64,000 nucleotides of DNA, from contig CM120646.1 in NCBI GenBank assembly GCA_051362555.1, forward strand, positions 8,060,001 to 8,124,000, written 5' to 3'. Below, piece after piece: positions 42,301 through 56,862 of the stretch. Origin of the DNA: Lingula anatina. Its lineage: Eukaryota > Animalia > Brachiopoda. Position numbers and translations under genes: made by a program. The notes under the pieces were generated by a model. The model was not told the DNA's origin. It did not search any database and was given only the letters and a program-made list of their open reading frames with translations. The stretch's first letter is position 1. Each line of letters begins with the position of its first letter.

Positions 42301-44612
42301 TCTTGGTGATCCTACGTCCTCAATGCAATATGGTAAGCAAACAAAAAGTAGCTACAAAGGGCAAGTGTTACTTTGAAATGAGGCATATATGTCTCACTAA
42401 CACAAGCAAATGAACAAATATCAAACAGAGACAAGAATAAACAATAGGCCTATAGAGCAACAGTGATGCGGAAAGGGTCACCAATGTTAACTGTAAACTA
42501 AGGATACTTTGGCACCTGGAGCCAAGACCGCTACATGTACCTGTAGTATAATTGTGTTACACTGCAAATATACAATAACAGTGACCAGTGGAAGACTGTA
42601 TGTTATGTTAAAAAGCATCACACTTAAGGATTGCATTCCTGATGCCTTAGTAAGAAATATAAGAAAAGTTGTTTTCGGGGAATAGTGTAAGAAAAAGGGG
42701 GTAAATTGTAACTGTATGTGGAAGACAGTACGCACATCTCTTTCAAATTTGAAAACATGCAACAAGATCTGCAATCGTAATCATAGTAGTAATATGAACT
42801 CAGTGTTCCCTTAATGAAGCTTACGTTTTCTGAAACAAACATATAAATACAAAACATCCTTATATTGATGCACTAAAAACATTCAGGCATAAGATTCCAA
42901 CACAAAGGTCGAAGGTTCAGGGACAGTTTCCGTAATTATGTACAGCAGAATTTTCTGTAATATGAAAAATTAAAAGCTCTATCCGTGGTTACATTCATTC
43001 TTCACTTAAATCATTGTATACTTTTGCTTCACATCCGCCTTAAGGGATGGCATCTTAATTCTATTAGCTACGAGCTGGGCAAGCTCAAGCTACCCCGGCC
43101 ACAATACTAAGCACTGCGTATTTGTACAAACTAAATAAAATACATCGTCAAAGGAATAGGACACTTTAAAAGATTGCTCCTATGGGAGTTCTGAATATAT
43201 TGATAATAAGTAGTGACAAATGACTGTAGTGAAAGATGACAATGCAAACCCTATCTTTCATTGAGGAATATTGAACAGGGCCCTTGGGAAGCACGGAAGC
43301 CTTCACAATTAGCTTAGGCAGCTTACTTAGCTGAGAGTATTAATCCTAATGACACTAAATACGTTAAATGCGTTGCATTAATTGTCAATTGAAAAAAATC
43401 TAATTTATATTTTACCCAGTGGATTGCATAACCAGAAGTCATGCAGACTTTTAGAGTGTTGTGAAATAACGAACATGTAACCAATGTTTCAAGATCCACA
43501 AGTACCGGTAGGTTTAAACAGAATAGCAATGCACGTTTAAGAACTTTATATCAAAACTTCTACATTGTCTCCAATCCAAAGAAACTTCATGCATGTCAGG
43601 GTCGTCTTATTAGGCGCAATCAATACTTTAGATTACAAAATAATGAAACAACGTCTGTCTTCCGAGGAAATGCCACAGGTCCAGTCTGAACAATAAATTA
43701 TATGAACAAAAAACCCGCCCGGAGGTATACCAAGCACAGCAAAGTATAGGATATTGCGTAACCTTAATTCCACAGACCTCCGTCGGCATCGTCCAAGCCA
43801 ATTAATACAAGCTGGTGCTGTAGCTTGACCATGTTTGTTAACGCCAGTGGGGTCGTTAGGGGAGTGTTTCTCACGTCATCAACACCACCAGTCACTAACC
43901 GAAGAATATCAAAGTTAAAACATAGATTGCATTATCGACAGAGCTGGGCCATATTTCCCCGGTGGGCAATAAAAAAACGGACTAAGTAATGAAACATCCG
44001 ACATGCTAATCAAAGAGATGTGCCAGTTCTGTCCGTGGCTGGCGTCTGCGGGGCGTTTGGTGACAAATTTTATTGAAGTCATATTATTTCAGTTATACTG
44101 GATGTACATGCCTTCAAACGCTGACGCATTTAGGTAATGCAACGAAGGTAGTCATGCAGCGTTGCGATGACCGTAAAAGATGCGGAAGATATTAAAGAGA
44201 TAACAACTCTTCGTATGAAATCTATATTTCACAATAAAAACATTGCAAACAACCCAAGGAAATATAATATATTCTATTTCACCACCAAAAATAGCATTTA
44301 AGGCAATTATTCTAAGATCTGTGCTTGCCATCCGACCATGTGACCTCCATAGATGGTTATAGTCTGTAATAATCTCTTAAGAAATTATGACAAAAAAGCA
44401 AACTTTCTAGAAAAAAAAAGAGAATAAATTTAAATGTAGAATGGATTCATAAACTATTGGTAAGAATAGGAAAATTGTTGTTTACCCCAGGAAAATTCAT
44501 TTTTTGGCCAAAATGAACGTTGTTATCCCTTTAAGCGATATACTTGTTAGTATGTGAGGTTTGCACAAATGAGAGCGAGTGCATTCCTTCTTGAGCATGT
44601 GAGTATGCGTGT

Positions 44613-44614
<2 letters not shown>

Positions 44615-44659
<45 letters not shown>
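44615..44659. repeat. (GA)n microsatellite
   Basis: Direct reading. Confidence 0.97.
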
Positions 44660-47600
44660 CAGAAAACCCACCATAATCATGTACGGCATTCCTAATGCCC
44701 TCACTGAAGTACCCATCCACGACCGCCGTCATTTTCGCTTCATTCAATGATCAAATTGAATGTTCATCAGCAAATAACATTAGCCCTCACCCCAGATAAT
44801 TGCCTCAGACACACGCTTGCTCTTTTCTGCCTCATCTTACAGTCCGCCAATCCAATTTCTACCTAATCTTTGATTACCATAAATATGTTCCGGCATGAGT
44901 CAAACTCCGCATTGATAAAGTTGTAATTTACTTCTTCTACGTCCTAATTGTGCACAAGAACAAATTGACGTGTTCCTGTTCACTCCTATTTGCTGTACGC
45001 AATGGCTTGGACATTGCTGTTATGTGGGCGTTTTCAAACCATAGATCTTTTAAATCTCAATTGCTCGATAGATATGAAACATCACGTAATCGAGATATAC
45101 AGATCAACATGGCAATATAGAAATTAATGTACCAACTTATGGATTTGCAGTCATAATTAAGCTCTAATAGGCCTAGAGTGCCCTCTGAGATTTCAAAATA
45201 ATTTCCCTTCTGGCTGAGTTTTTTTTTTTCAGACGATCGAAGATTCCTACTATCCGTTCGGGTTATCTTAATAAAAAATGGACCTAGATGTAATTAGTAA
45301 ATATTAATTCCTTTAAAGTAAAGAGGGCAACCATACGTATTGTGTACATCGATGAAAGATCTTCAAAAGATATATTGATAATGCGCGCCCGTGGTAATGT
45401 TACCATATCATGTTAGATAAATTGAAAAAAAAAGATATGTAACGTAAACACAAATTTAACTAATGGTATTTAATTTTTTTCTAAAATCATTCTAGGAATA
45501 TGCACAAGCAAGCATTCTAAATCGCTAGCACTGGAGACTGAACAGTCAAGCAGGTGACAGAAAATGGTGGAGTCTGCGCGTAAATGACATTGGGACTTCA
45601 CCGAAGATACTTATATATACATCTATTATCCAAAATGCGCTTTGGCTTTTACTTTTGTTTTGTTACGTTTGATTTTTATTATTGTTCACGATGACGGTTG
45701 ATAGATCCTGAAAAACCACCGAGGATGTGAGGAACAGAGAAGAGGACCGTGAAAAAAAACTCCATTGAGATCTTTCAATTGTACGACGCTGTACTATGAA
45801 TTATGAATATATTTGTGCAATGTAAATGAAAGGGGAAAGACCTAGGGTTTGTTACCTAAAAGGGGTAACACAGTAGCGCTGAAGTGCCCGTAAGAATGGT
45901 TAAGATAAATGAATGTCAGACAGGGAGCTATCAATAGAGACCCAGCTTATGGACAACTGAATGAAATGTAAGCCATTCGTAAGTCTATATCAACAAATTT
46001 CTCCAAAACACAAAGGTCTATCCTATTTATAGCTTCTCCGGAAAGAGATACTATTCATAATTAATTCTATTTCGAGAACAGAGTTTGCTTTTAAAATAGA
46101 ATTGGTTGGCTTTTCAACAACTGTCAGTGCATACAAAAGAGCTCACTAGATGCCTGGCTGATATGTTTGTATAAACGAGCTATTTAAAAAAGGACCGGTT
46201 GTAAAAGTACAATCAAAACCAGGTCCTTGAAACAATCGATAAATAAGATTAGGATCGTGAGAATATATCGCCTCGTATAAAGTACCGTTGACTTCATCTG
46301 ACACCGGAACTCTGTCATATACGCTGTTCTCTTAAACCCGTCAGTTTACGGTTTCATAAAATAACAGACAATAATGGTTTGTAGCACATATGATAGCAAT
46401 GTCAATATTTGTTATGTTACACCTTACTACCAGTTCTACATTACTACAAAAGCAACGAGTTATGTTACAACTTACATGTTGGACGGCAGAAGAAATGGTG
46501 CAGAGAGAATTCAGTCCTGCTTGAGGAGGAACGCTCCATATGTTTCGAAAGCAACAGCCATCACATTTGCACGAAGGTCAAATCATTTTAATATACAATC
46601 TGTCGTCTTAGTGATACAGGTTTTATTACCAAACTTACATGCCTCCCACTATTTAATCGTATCCACTTGCCCTTCGTGGTCAAACACTTAACACCCCATA
46701 CGCCCTTCAGTTAACTGTAAGGAAGGGCAGCAAGATTTACAGCATTACGCCTGCGTCATAAAACAATAATACGACCACATGCGTGCACAGATCTTCGCAC
46801 ACCATCACATACTGGCAATAATATATAAATATTTCACACGTATGCACCCAGAAAACTTACGAAAGAAACCGATGCCGTCAGAATGATAAGTGTTGTGGCA
46901 GGGGATCGGTGCAACGACTATTATATATTTAGTCCCATTTTGGATGTTTTTCATTTTGCATGCAAGAGAGGCTCCCTTCCATTTCCAAAACACAAGTAGC
47001 ATGCGTTATAGCTGTGTGGGCAGTGATAATAGCAAGTAAGAGAAAAAATAATGAAAATCGAAATGCAGGCGTCTTATGTTTTGCCTTATCTTTATGGCGT
47101 AATTTGTAGCAAATATATGACTACTTTCGCGGCCATGCAAAGATGATAAGTGCATTTCTAATGACGCTTTTTCTCGTTTAGGCAACGGGGGTATTACGGA
47201 TAACTTGAATGGCAAAGGGCAACAGAAACACTATATTCGGCACTTGGGAGCGCTTGTTTTCATTTTTGATGGACTTTTCCCTACAATAAAGTACCTTTAA
47301 AGAAAGTTCCGCAGCCAGTTCACATCAAATTCACATTAACGGTAACGTTGACAAACTCACACTGCAAACACGTTGGTGAAGATATTAGGTCGGTGTTATC
47401 TTATTCTACTTGAAAATGTCTCGGAAAATGATTCAAATTTACAACAAAATCGAACACGGTTTGCTCCTGTTTAAACTGGATATTTATATCATCTAATAAT
47501 CGACTGACGAAACATGGTTTATTTGAAAAGGTAATAAGGAGTCAACCATTTTCGAGTGTAGCCCTTTTTTATTGCTCAGCAATCTAATTGCAAATGTTTG

Positions 47601-48026
47601 AGGATTCAGCAATTCCCATATGTGCAGGTGTAAATCCAGCAATCATTTGTTGTTCCGTAATCTAAATCGTTGGGCATGGGTGCTAAGGTTATCATCAGCT
47701 TTCCATAATCCATGGATGACATCCAAGGACATAGACATTATTCCCTGGGTAGCATGTTAAACGTTTGTCATCATTTCTTTAATATCATTTCATGAACAAG
47801 TTTAATCTTCAGGAGGTCATACATCTTTTAAGTGCATTTCTATTAAAATAGAACAAATTAAGACAATCTCGTTTGTTACAATTAGGGAACGGAGATCTTA
47901 TTTTCTTTAACTATCGTTTACTTTTCATTCAGTTTAGATCAATAACTACAGTTTAAGTGCAGTACTAGAAGAAACAAAATCTATCCAAATTTCAGCTTCA
48001 GTCTCAAGTTAGTGACAGGACTTAAT

Positions 48027-48029
<3 letters not shown>

Positions 48030-48069
<40 letters not shown>
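48030..48069. repeat. (TC)n microsatellite
   Basis: Direct reading. Confidence 0.97.
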
Positions 48070-48073
<4 letters not shown>

Positions 48074-48511
48074 TGTGTGACGCGTGTGTGCATAATTCTG
48101 TATAATTTTTATTTATCGATTTAATTCGCCAGAATTTGGCATATAAAGCCGGACCACCCTAATATGAACGTCATACACGGACATTATGTCTTTCATATGA
48201 GGAAATCTCGTGACTTTGAGAATTGGGTTTGGGTTGGGTTTTGGCTTTCATTCCCCGTTGCTGTGTAACTGGAATATAACAAGTTACAGAACGTCAATAC
48301 TAGCACCAGCTGCATGTATTGACGTCATTCAAAGTATTCCACGGAGCTTCTATTAGATTGGAGAGAATGCAGACATTTGTGTAACCTATTCCCCTTAACA
48401 GTGACTTTCTACTATCAGAAATAATTGCTTGTGTAACCAACGATTGATTAAATGGTAAACACAAATCTCTGCCACGGTTGCTGGTTAACGATCGGGAGCC
48501 CAGACGTCCCC

Positions 48512-48514
<3 letters not shown>

Positions 48515-48553
<39 letters not shown>
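48515..48553. repeat. (GT)n microsatellite
   Basis: Direct reading. Confidence 0.97.
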
Positions 48554-48556
<3 letters not shown>

Positions 48557-50135
48557 GACGCGTGCAGCTCTGTGTGACAAGAATATAATAGAAATTATCC
48601 AAGATAGCAATAAGACTCGCGAGTTAACATAAAATAAAGCGAGATTTTAAGGTATGTGGTAGATAGTGGCTCAGTGTGGTGCTTTGCTGTTTTAATTAAT
48701 TAATATTGAATTAATTAATATAAAAGCTGACATAGTTTATCCACGAATATTTTCAGTTTGATTTCTGTTCAGTTCTGTTGATTTACAGTCTTTTGCTCAA
48801 CAGGTTGAATTCACCCTGTCAATTTTGTATTGCTTTCTAAGACGGCATTCTTGACGCAAAATTTTGCCCTTGTTTCAAAAAGTTAAGTCCCGTCTTAAGC
48901 GGATTCCTAAAATTGACGTCACGCGTTACCTCGCTTCATGCTATGTCAGATTATTTGTAGATGTCACAATTAAACTGGAATCTGTAAACCATACAGACAA
49001 ATCTCGACAAATTCTTAAATAAAAGATAAGCTCGGTGCCAAGAAAAGATAAATAAAACACAATACAACACATTATTCCTGCTTAAACCCCACCAGTTTTC
49101 AATTGTTAATATCTGTTCAGCCCATTTACCATAAAAATATATGCGGCTTTACGAGAAATTTTACCTTGCCCTGTGTGATCTGTATTTTTCAACTTAGGCT
49201 TTTCGGTGTCTGCCCGTAGCTACATCGCTGTGAGCAACCTTAACATTATTTTATTGTGCTCGGGCATCGCAAAGTTCAGAAGTTAACAAAATTATCGTTC
49301 GTTGTTTCCGAATTCCAACTCATGCGGTAAAAATAATAGACGCCACACCTGTCATGTTTACATGTCTAGACTCATGTTACGTGAAATCGCAGCGAGACGT
49401 CTTCCTCCACCGCATCCAACTGAATATGATTTGCTACCTTAAAATACGTCAAAATAGGCCCAGCAGACAAAATCATAACATGTTTCAATATTTAAGGTAA
49501 TTTCATTTAATATTTAATGCAATAGGCTACAACAGCGACCAACTTCTTCGCCCCCACTCTCCCCTTCTTTCTCTTTCTCTCTCTTAGAAAATGTTGATTT
49601 ATTATTAAGTCTTTCATTTCAGATTTTTAATAGCATCGGAACGACCTCTGCTAACACCTAAGATTCAGGATTTAACATAGCAGTTGTTCAACTGAATTTC
49701 CTCTTAGCCAATCATTGCGTTCTTCCGTACATTTGATAAATGCATTGTTTTCGAATTTAGAAAACTGATTAGGCGAACGATCCCCAGCTGCTAAAATACG
49801 ACCTCTGAAGGATTGTCTAATAAAGCAAGCAAAAACACTGGTGCACAGGTACATGATCCAATAGCCTGCTACTTCAAACTGCAGAGGCCATTGTTATCAG
49901 CTGTAAGTTCGATACTTCATCGTTCTGGAACGCAAACACCCCTTTTTGGGGACTTATTGTGTAAGTCAGTTCTTCAAAGACACTAGGTTTGTTATTGCTT
50001 CAGGAGCGAATGACGATCGTCCCTTAATTCTAGATTTTAAGCTCATCGTGTTTTCCTAATAGCGTGGTGACCAACAGAATTCAACTGGATTTAAAAAAAC
50101 AATGAAGCGTTAATATTTTTAATTTATCTATCTGG

Positions 50136-50178
<43 letters not shown>

Positions 50179-50188
50179 CTATTTATTT
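50136..50188. repeat. (TTTA)n tetranucleotide microsatellite
   Basis: Direct reading. Confidence 0.95.
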
Positions 50189-51329
50189 CAGAGGGTGTGC
50201 TTGGTAGAAGGAAGTTACCTGAATATCTAAATATCAATGTGACCAAAGTTCGCAACACCGCTGTCAGTAATCTCTAAAGACAACATCCAGCGGCCAGGAA
50301 AACAGTGGTGCACAGTATTCACATTGTACACGAAAATGAGTATCATAAACAGAATAACAAAATATAGTTAAAATGGGTCGTTTTATAAAGAGAATAAACA
50401 TGTCTTTTACTTACGAGGTAAAAAGACGCTTAGTTACACAAGGTTTTTTTTCTACACGAGAACGTGGAAAACTTATTTAACGGAGCAGAACCACAGGTAT
50501 GGTAACGTGTACATAACTAACTGGCATTAAAGAAAGGTACAACTACGTTCATGTGGGGTTCAAGCGTAAACTTGATAAAAGCAACCAATTGCGTTTTGTG
50601 AAAACGGAGTCGACTTTTGTTCACCCCGGCCCTGTTATTACCCCAATCCCCTCCGTTTAAAGAAAAAAAATGGGTCTGCTCAAAGGAAAACAAACGCCTT
50701 TAGGCAATTGCAAGCTGTGCCGCCTAACGCAAGTTTTACTGTAATATACAAGTTTTTTGGCAGGTACACACACGTTCCTCAGCCGGGGACGCAACCTTTG
50801 TTAGTTTTAGCTATCTTATTCCGTCACAAAGAAATAAATAAGTGGACACCGTTTCCAGGAAATCGGGATACCTCACACCCCGAAGAAAGCATTAGTGTAA
50901 TTGGAAAGCGAGTCGCACGGAAAAAAGGGAAGTCATTTAGTAGACCGTAAAGGAAATTACAAATTATTTGCGAATGGAGGTCCAACAAAAAGCACCTCGG
51001 AGCATGAACGTTGCCAACACCACTTACAGAATACGGGGCTGAGATGCCTGAACTAAAAGCGAGACAGAACAAATCAAGTTAAAAGGTGGAATCAAAGAGG
51101 GGGGGGTAAGCTATCCTTGTGGATCCATGTTTTAGGGAGGCGCACAACGACAATGTACAGTAAAAAGCATATTGCACATGTACTTTGAATCTAATAAATC
51201 CGTCCGTCCCAGATCGTAAGAATCCGCCAAATGACGTACTAATGTATGACGCATACGTGTAACTGCTGCACGCGCAGTAGCATAAATGTTCAAATAAGTG
51301 GCGGGAACGACCGAAGGTTATATATTGCA

Positions 51330-51333
<4 letters not shown>

Positions 51334-51384
<51 letters not shown>
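51334..51384. repeat. (GA)n microsatellite
   Basis: Direct reading. Confidence 0.97.
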
Positions 51385-51386
<2 letters not shown>

Positions 51387-51611
51387 ATAAAATATTCAAT
51401 TACTGTTTTCGGAAGTGCTAGTATAAGAGAATGCCCTTAAGTATTTCTATAAGTTTGTTTTTTAGTTTGAAATAATATGATGACATTTGCTGCTCGGGTC
51501 CAGTTGCAAAGATATGGCTTCATGCGTTTCTTAAATACTACTAACATTTTTATCGCAATGAAGCACAAATGTTTACTGGACTCTGGGAGCACTATGCAGA
51601 TGAGACGAAAA

Positions 51612-51803
51612 CCGTTGCGACAGGAATGGTAGTCGGCTAGGAATCGTAGGTTCCCCATTACTTTGTACAGGTCCCATATACTAACCCCAATACTAGGACT
51701 AAACCTAACCTGTGCTCATCATATGGGACCTCCATATATATATATAATATATACATAATAGGACTTCCATTCCTAGGACTAAGTACTGTTCCTGTCACGC
51801 CGG
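51612..51803. mobile_element. Palindromic non-autonomous element with CCG/CGG termini and a CTAACC-rich core
   Basis: Outer arms ccgttgcgacaggaatggtagtcggctaggaat vs attcctaggactaagtactgttcctgtcacgccgg; inner arms aggtcccatat/atatgggacct; loop contains ctaacccc and cctaacc. Confidence 0.7.
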
Positions 51804-53513
51804 TTACTCACAGCTTCTAAGCGATTACAGGTGAATCTTTCAAAACGGCAGATTTCACACTACAATTTTTTTATTGAACCAAATGTATGTACTACATCAG
51901 TTTTGATTGACAATACAGCAAAGTACAGTAGATGATATAACTTATGTATGACAATGGAGCAAATGATCATTTTGTATTTAAGCGTTTTTAGGCACTCAAT
52001 GTAACTCATTTTGATACAAGCAATGTACGTTGGGAGTCACTCAGAAGTTTGTTCATCAGCAAATGTATTTGAATCTGCATTTGCCTCTAATTTTTCATAT
52101 CCCATCATCTCCAGTAGGTAATCAGACGAGATGCGTTTAGAGAACCTATATTTTAACAACGTCTTTCTTTAGCAAGGGGTTCTTAGTTACTTGCATTGGC
52201 AAAATTAAAAGCACCCTTTCCGATCTCCTCCTTAAGCCTTTTCAAAACCGGTTGGGGCATATTTCTCCAGTACTCTCATCAGAAAGATGATCGCTTTAGG
52301 ACCCACGATACGCTCAGATTTATCAACATGTCCGAATTATTCATTATCGTCAGGATGGTAAGAACGGAGGAAATCTCAGAGGGTTTTGCCAATTTGTTTT
52401 ATAAGATGAAACGCTTGGGCTGTTTGAATGACTTTGCTTAATGAAACTTTCATTCATATTCCCAGAGGGCGCTGCTTATTCCGAGCAAGATCAGCGTCTG
52501 CAGTCGGTGCAGCCAGGATCAAGTAAGAAAATATCCTTATTAAATGTGTCGTTGCGTTTAGTTTCTGATAGACCACAACAAATAAATAACAATGTACGGT
52601 TAAATTAGAAAGTAGTGTTATTGTTTGGGGCACTTATACAGCCATAAGCACTCCAAGAATTACACAGAAATGTCTTAAACATATCTCTCGAATGGCATTA
52701 AAATCAACGTGTTGTTAACAAAATCACATACACTATATCTTTCTGGTTATATCTATTGAAAAACAAACCCTGGAACAGTGGGTGTTTCCACAGTCACATC
52801 TGTTTCTCCTAAAACAGTACGTCAATAGGTGGTCGTATGGCGTCGACGTCTCAATGGTTCTCAGGACTTCGTAAGTTTAAAAAATCGCTTTGTATCACAC
52901 AGTGCAACCCATCTTCTCTACCAGGGATTGAACTGATTTAACGTATTTCTCCACTAAGCCTAATAACCTTTTCAATGCCGACGATCGTTTGCACTGGCAA
53001 GTACATACGTATATCTAACGGTGTTTTCAGCCAGAACAACGTAACATCCTAAAAAACTTAAATATGCATGAAATTTGTGTATAATTTACTTAGTGAAATA
53101 TAATCATTCAAAGATAAAGGTAAAACAATAGTCCTTGATTTAACAGTTAACAGAATATAATGCAATTAAGATGTATGTAAGGCTACTAAAGAACGGATAA
53201 CGTGATGACAGGAATATATTCCGGCTGCGGTATTTGTTCGGCAATATGCACTTGCTGCCAACCCCATCTGGTGGTCATGAACAGCAACTCGGAAGGATTT
53301 ACCTAGGTGTGGTTTAGCATGTTCGTAACTGACGTAATAAATAAAGAAAATATGAAGACTTTCAAAGACAAGCCCTAAGGTGTGCCCGATTAAAGACTTT
53401 TAAAACAGATTGGTTTCACCTCGTACGCGTGTACCGGTACTTGAAACAGCATTGTAAAGCCACAAACGTATATACGTGTATTTAGAGAGAAAGCTGGTCT
53501 AAGAAGAAAACAG

Positions 53514-53750
53514 GGGCTGATGTCATAACCTTAACCTGATTATATATGTCTTAACCTTTAGACCATAAATACGTCAACATGTTCCACTTCAATAAAGTAT
53601 TTCTCTGTGGCTTTAGTCATATATCTGTTGCTATCGAAAATACAATACTTCATTTCATTGTGTCTCCACTTTTATCATGTTTCAAGGTAAACTAAAATTT
53701 GTGTCCACAAGTATAATTTTTGCACTGAAGTTATTTTGTGAAACAGGCCC
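53514..53750. mobile_element. Degenerate Harbinger-like MITE with CAG target duplication
   Basis: Right end ttgtgaaacaggccc|cag; left end cag|gggctgatgtcataa (10/15 inverted match). CWG TSDs are known for some Harbingers. Confidence 0.4.
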
Positions 53751-55416
53751 CAGATCCAGTGTATAAAGCTTAATATTGTTTAAAATAAGACTTACAAACG
53801 TGAAGCTGCTGTTCCACTAGACAGTCACCATTACGTCAAAAGTAAATCGAATTGTCTAAATTAGAAAGAGCAAAGTAAAGATCGACAATGAACCCTCGTT
53901 TGTCATCGTTGACTTCTTATCCGTTCAATGAAGAAACTAAGTTAGCAAAAGCGACAGCGGGAAGACTATCGAGGGATTGGCCATATTGCGTAATTGAACC
54001 ACCAGGAACGAGCCATGTCAACATCAGATTGCTTTCGAATAACTTCTCCTCGGATGGGGCGATGAACAGTGAGCCTTAGATATCGATTTTGGACGATCTT
54101 CCAACTCGGTATATACTCAAGTCTTGGCTTTGATCTCATCAGGGGAGGAGGGACCAGGTCGCAGTCGTTATGAAGAATAAATGATACTGTGATGGAAAGA
54201 CACACACACCTCTAGGCTGGGGTCCATGGGGGGGTTTCAGTATATTCTATGAAAAGGAATGTGGGTTTGAAGAACAATGAAACTTAAATGCCAACTTTCA
54301 AGTGTAGTATATGTATATAATAGCACTTAATTGTGGCTGAGCAATATGCTAACTGCCTATCCATATAACTATATATACATTGTACGTTAAGGCACATCAT
54401 TTATAAAATACATGTGATAATATATTTAACATTGTCTGAAATTTAGGTACATCTTTATATCAGTTTCACACACTCAAAACTTGGAAGTCGTGTCAATTAG
54501 TAAGATTAGTTTCAAGAATTTACATGGCGGGGGAGGAAATTGCATATTTTTGTAAATGCTAAAAAAACTTAAAAGTGGTTTAAATTTGAAGCGGCGTTGC
54601 TTAGATCTGTATATTCCCGTATAGACCACACGTAAATATGATGCTTAAGAAATAAAAAAAGAATCCTACGAGTTAAAATGGGAGTGAAACGCATGCTCTG
54701 TGCCTCCAGCCATCTTGCGTTCACAATTTCATTTAAAACAAAGTGCAGTGGGCTTTTACTATCTTCCTAACTACAGGGCCTAGATGACATTTTAATATTA
54801 CAATGGAAAACTTAAGTTATACATGCATATATGTGCCAATATGTGCAATGCAATGCAGAAAAAAAAGTCAAAAGAGGATGAAGATTCCACAACTATCTGT
54901 AGTTGAATCATTAAGTTTTCAACTACGACACTACGTTTTGTTCAGCAACCCTGTTCTCCCGTTTCCAATATAATGACTAACGTTACCTTTGAAAAAAATA
55001 AAATGTAGCAATTTATACATATGAAATATGCAGCAGAAATTTATGAACCATTCATATATGAACCATTCATCGTATCTATATATGCGGGATAGCCTATTTT
55101 ACTCTCACTGCGACCTTAAATTCACAGCGTAATGTGAAAGGTATGCACAGATATCAAGGCTGCGGGTGTCAGCCTGTCACTATAAGCATGCTTAATTAGC
55201 AAAAATAATGACACACACTCTTGCATGGTTTTAGCCAGATTTTATTCTAAAAGAAATATTAAGGTGTTTGGGTAAAGGTGTTTTACTACATGTAGCGCAC
55301 AAGTTATTCTGTGTTTGTTCAAAGATAAGTCGACATGTAACAGTCGCAGATTTAAACCGGGAAACTAAAAGAACCCAGACTTATTACGACAAGTTCTCTA
55401 TTCAACATGCAACTAA

Positions 55417-55608
55417 GGCCTCATTCCCAATGACACTATTGTGCTACGTACATCGATCCAACTCCGAGAGAACTGTCGCTTAATACAATCAGATTTACAG
55501 ATTAAAACCCCTCCTTCTTGCGTTGAGATAATCTGATTGCATTCAGCGAGAACCACCGCGGAGTTGGATCGATCGATGTAGAACGACAGTTTCATTGGGA
55601 TTGAGCTC
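55417..55608. mobile_element. MITE, PIF/Harbinger-like, 192 bp, TAA TSD
   Basis: ~80 bp inverted arms: ggcctcattcccaatga..atcgatccaactccg..caatcagatt vs aatctgattg..cggagttggatcgat..tcattgggattgagctc. TAA on both flanks (55414-55416, 55609-55611). Confidence 0.85.
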
Positions 55609-56467
55609 TAAGTGAATGTACCTTGTGCCTTGAGAATTGAAGCTTAAGCAAAAACGCCAAGACATCTAGATAAAGGCGGATATTAACCTCTTTTTTTCCA
55701 TTACAAGGCACCAAAGCCATTTTCAATCGCCTCGGGATTTTCTAAATAAATCTGAGATGAATGAACAATTAGCATGGGCGATAATGTCTAATTATAAACA
55801 GAAAGCCTCTATTATCTCTTATCGTTTCAACATTAGCTTTTTACAAGTGCATGCGCATCAATGTATCTAAATAAATCAAATATGATTAAGCACTCATGTC
55901 CAATTGCACCAAGAAATCATCATGAAATCGGTTTTCTTTCGGTAGGGCCCTTTGATCAAAAACGTATTATTACTACGATATTCATAAGTTGGTAGATAGC
56001 ATTTGCGTAAGATTAAATGTGGGAACAACTGTGATTAATTATTGACTTATAAAGTAAGATGGAAATATAAACACAAGTGTTAGGTCTATGGTTGCATCTA
56101 TATCAACACCCTCAACACTCTTGCTGAACTGCACTAGACCTTGCTTGCTGCGGTTATTGTTGTGGACCACCTTAATCAATCTAATGAATTTGTCGAAAAA
56201 AACCATACCAGCGTTCGGATTTTGCTGAAGCAGCGGTGTCATAGATTCTTATTAAGACAGCCACTTAGCCCGTAATCCACAAACTTTTTTAATCGATGGG
56301 CATAAAATACTGCGCCTGATACATAACATCTGTATTCCGTTTCATGAAGACTGCTGAATAACACCCTGATATAACTGTGTTCTCAGCAATTTACAAATAC
56401 ATCGCTAGTACGATATGTCTACACGTTTTAGTATTATTCAATGTCGCAGAGAATGACAAGGGCTTAC

Positions 56468-56739
56468 CTTTTCATCCAGCGTTTCTCTTAATAATCTAAG
56501 GCTAGTTTCCTGGAGACCTTCGCTCTCTCAGAAATCGACGTGTCAACCCGGCTTCGTGATATCCTTCTGAGATTTCACCTGGAGCAGGGAGCGATAGGGC
56601 CGTCTTCAATGTCCCATTGTGTTGTTTACTCACGCCACGGAGCGACCCAGAGACGAGACAGCATGCAACTCGATGGGCCTCTAGAGGAATGCGGGAGTAG
56701 CTCTTCTCAGCATTATACTGATGAAAAGATTGATTTTAC
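56468..56739 (-). other. Candidate 5' exon (mostly UTR with short uORFs; ends ATG AAA AG|)
   Basis: Acceptor gttttattttag| at 56740, consensus donor AAG|gtaagc at 56467, locally raised GC. Confidence 0.35.
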
Positions 56740-56862
56740 CTAAAATAAAACTCGGCTTGTCCGCCCTTGGCTACAAAAGCCCTGACTGGTTCCTTTCTAT
56801 CAGCACCTCGAAATAGAGTTTAGTCTCCTTCGGCGTTTCTACAGTCTCTGTGTATACTGCTT

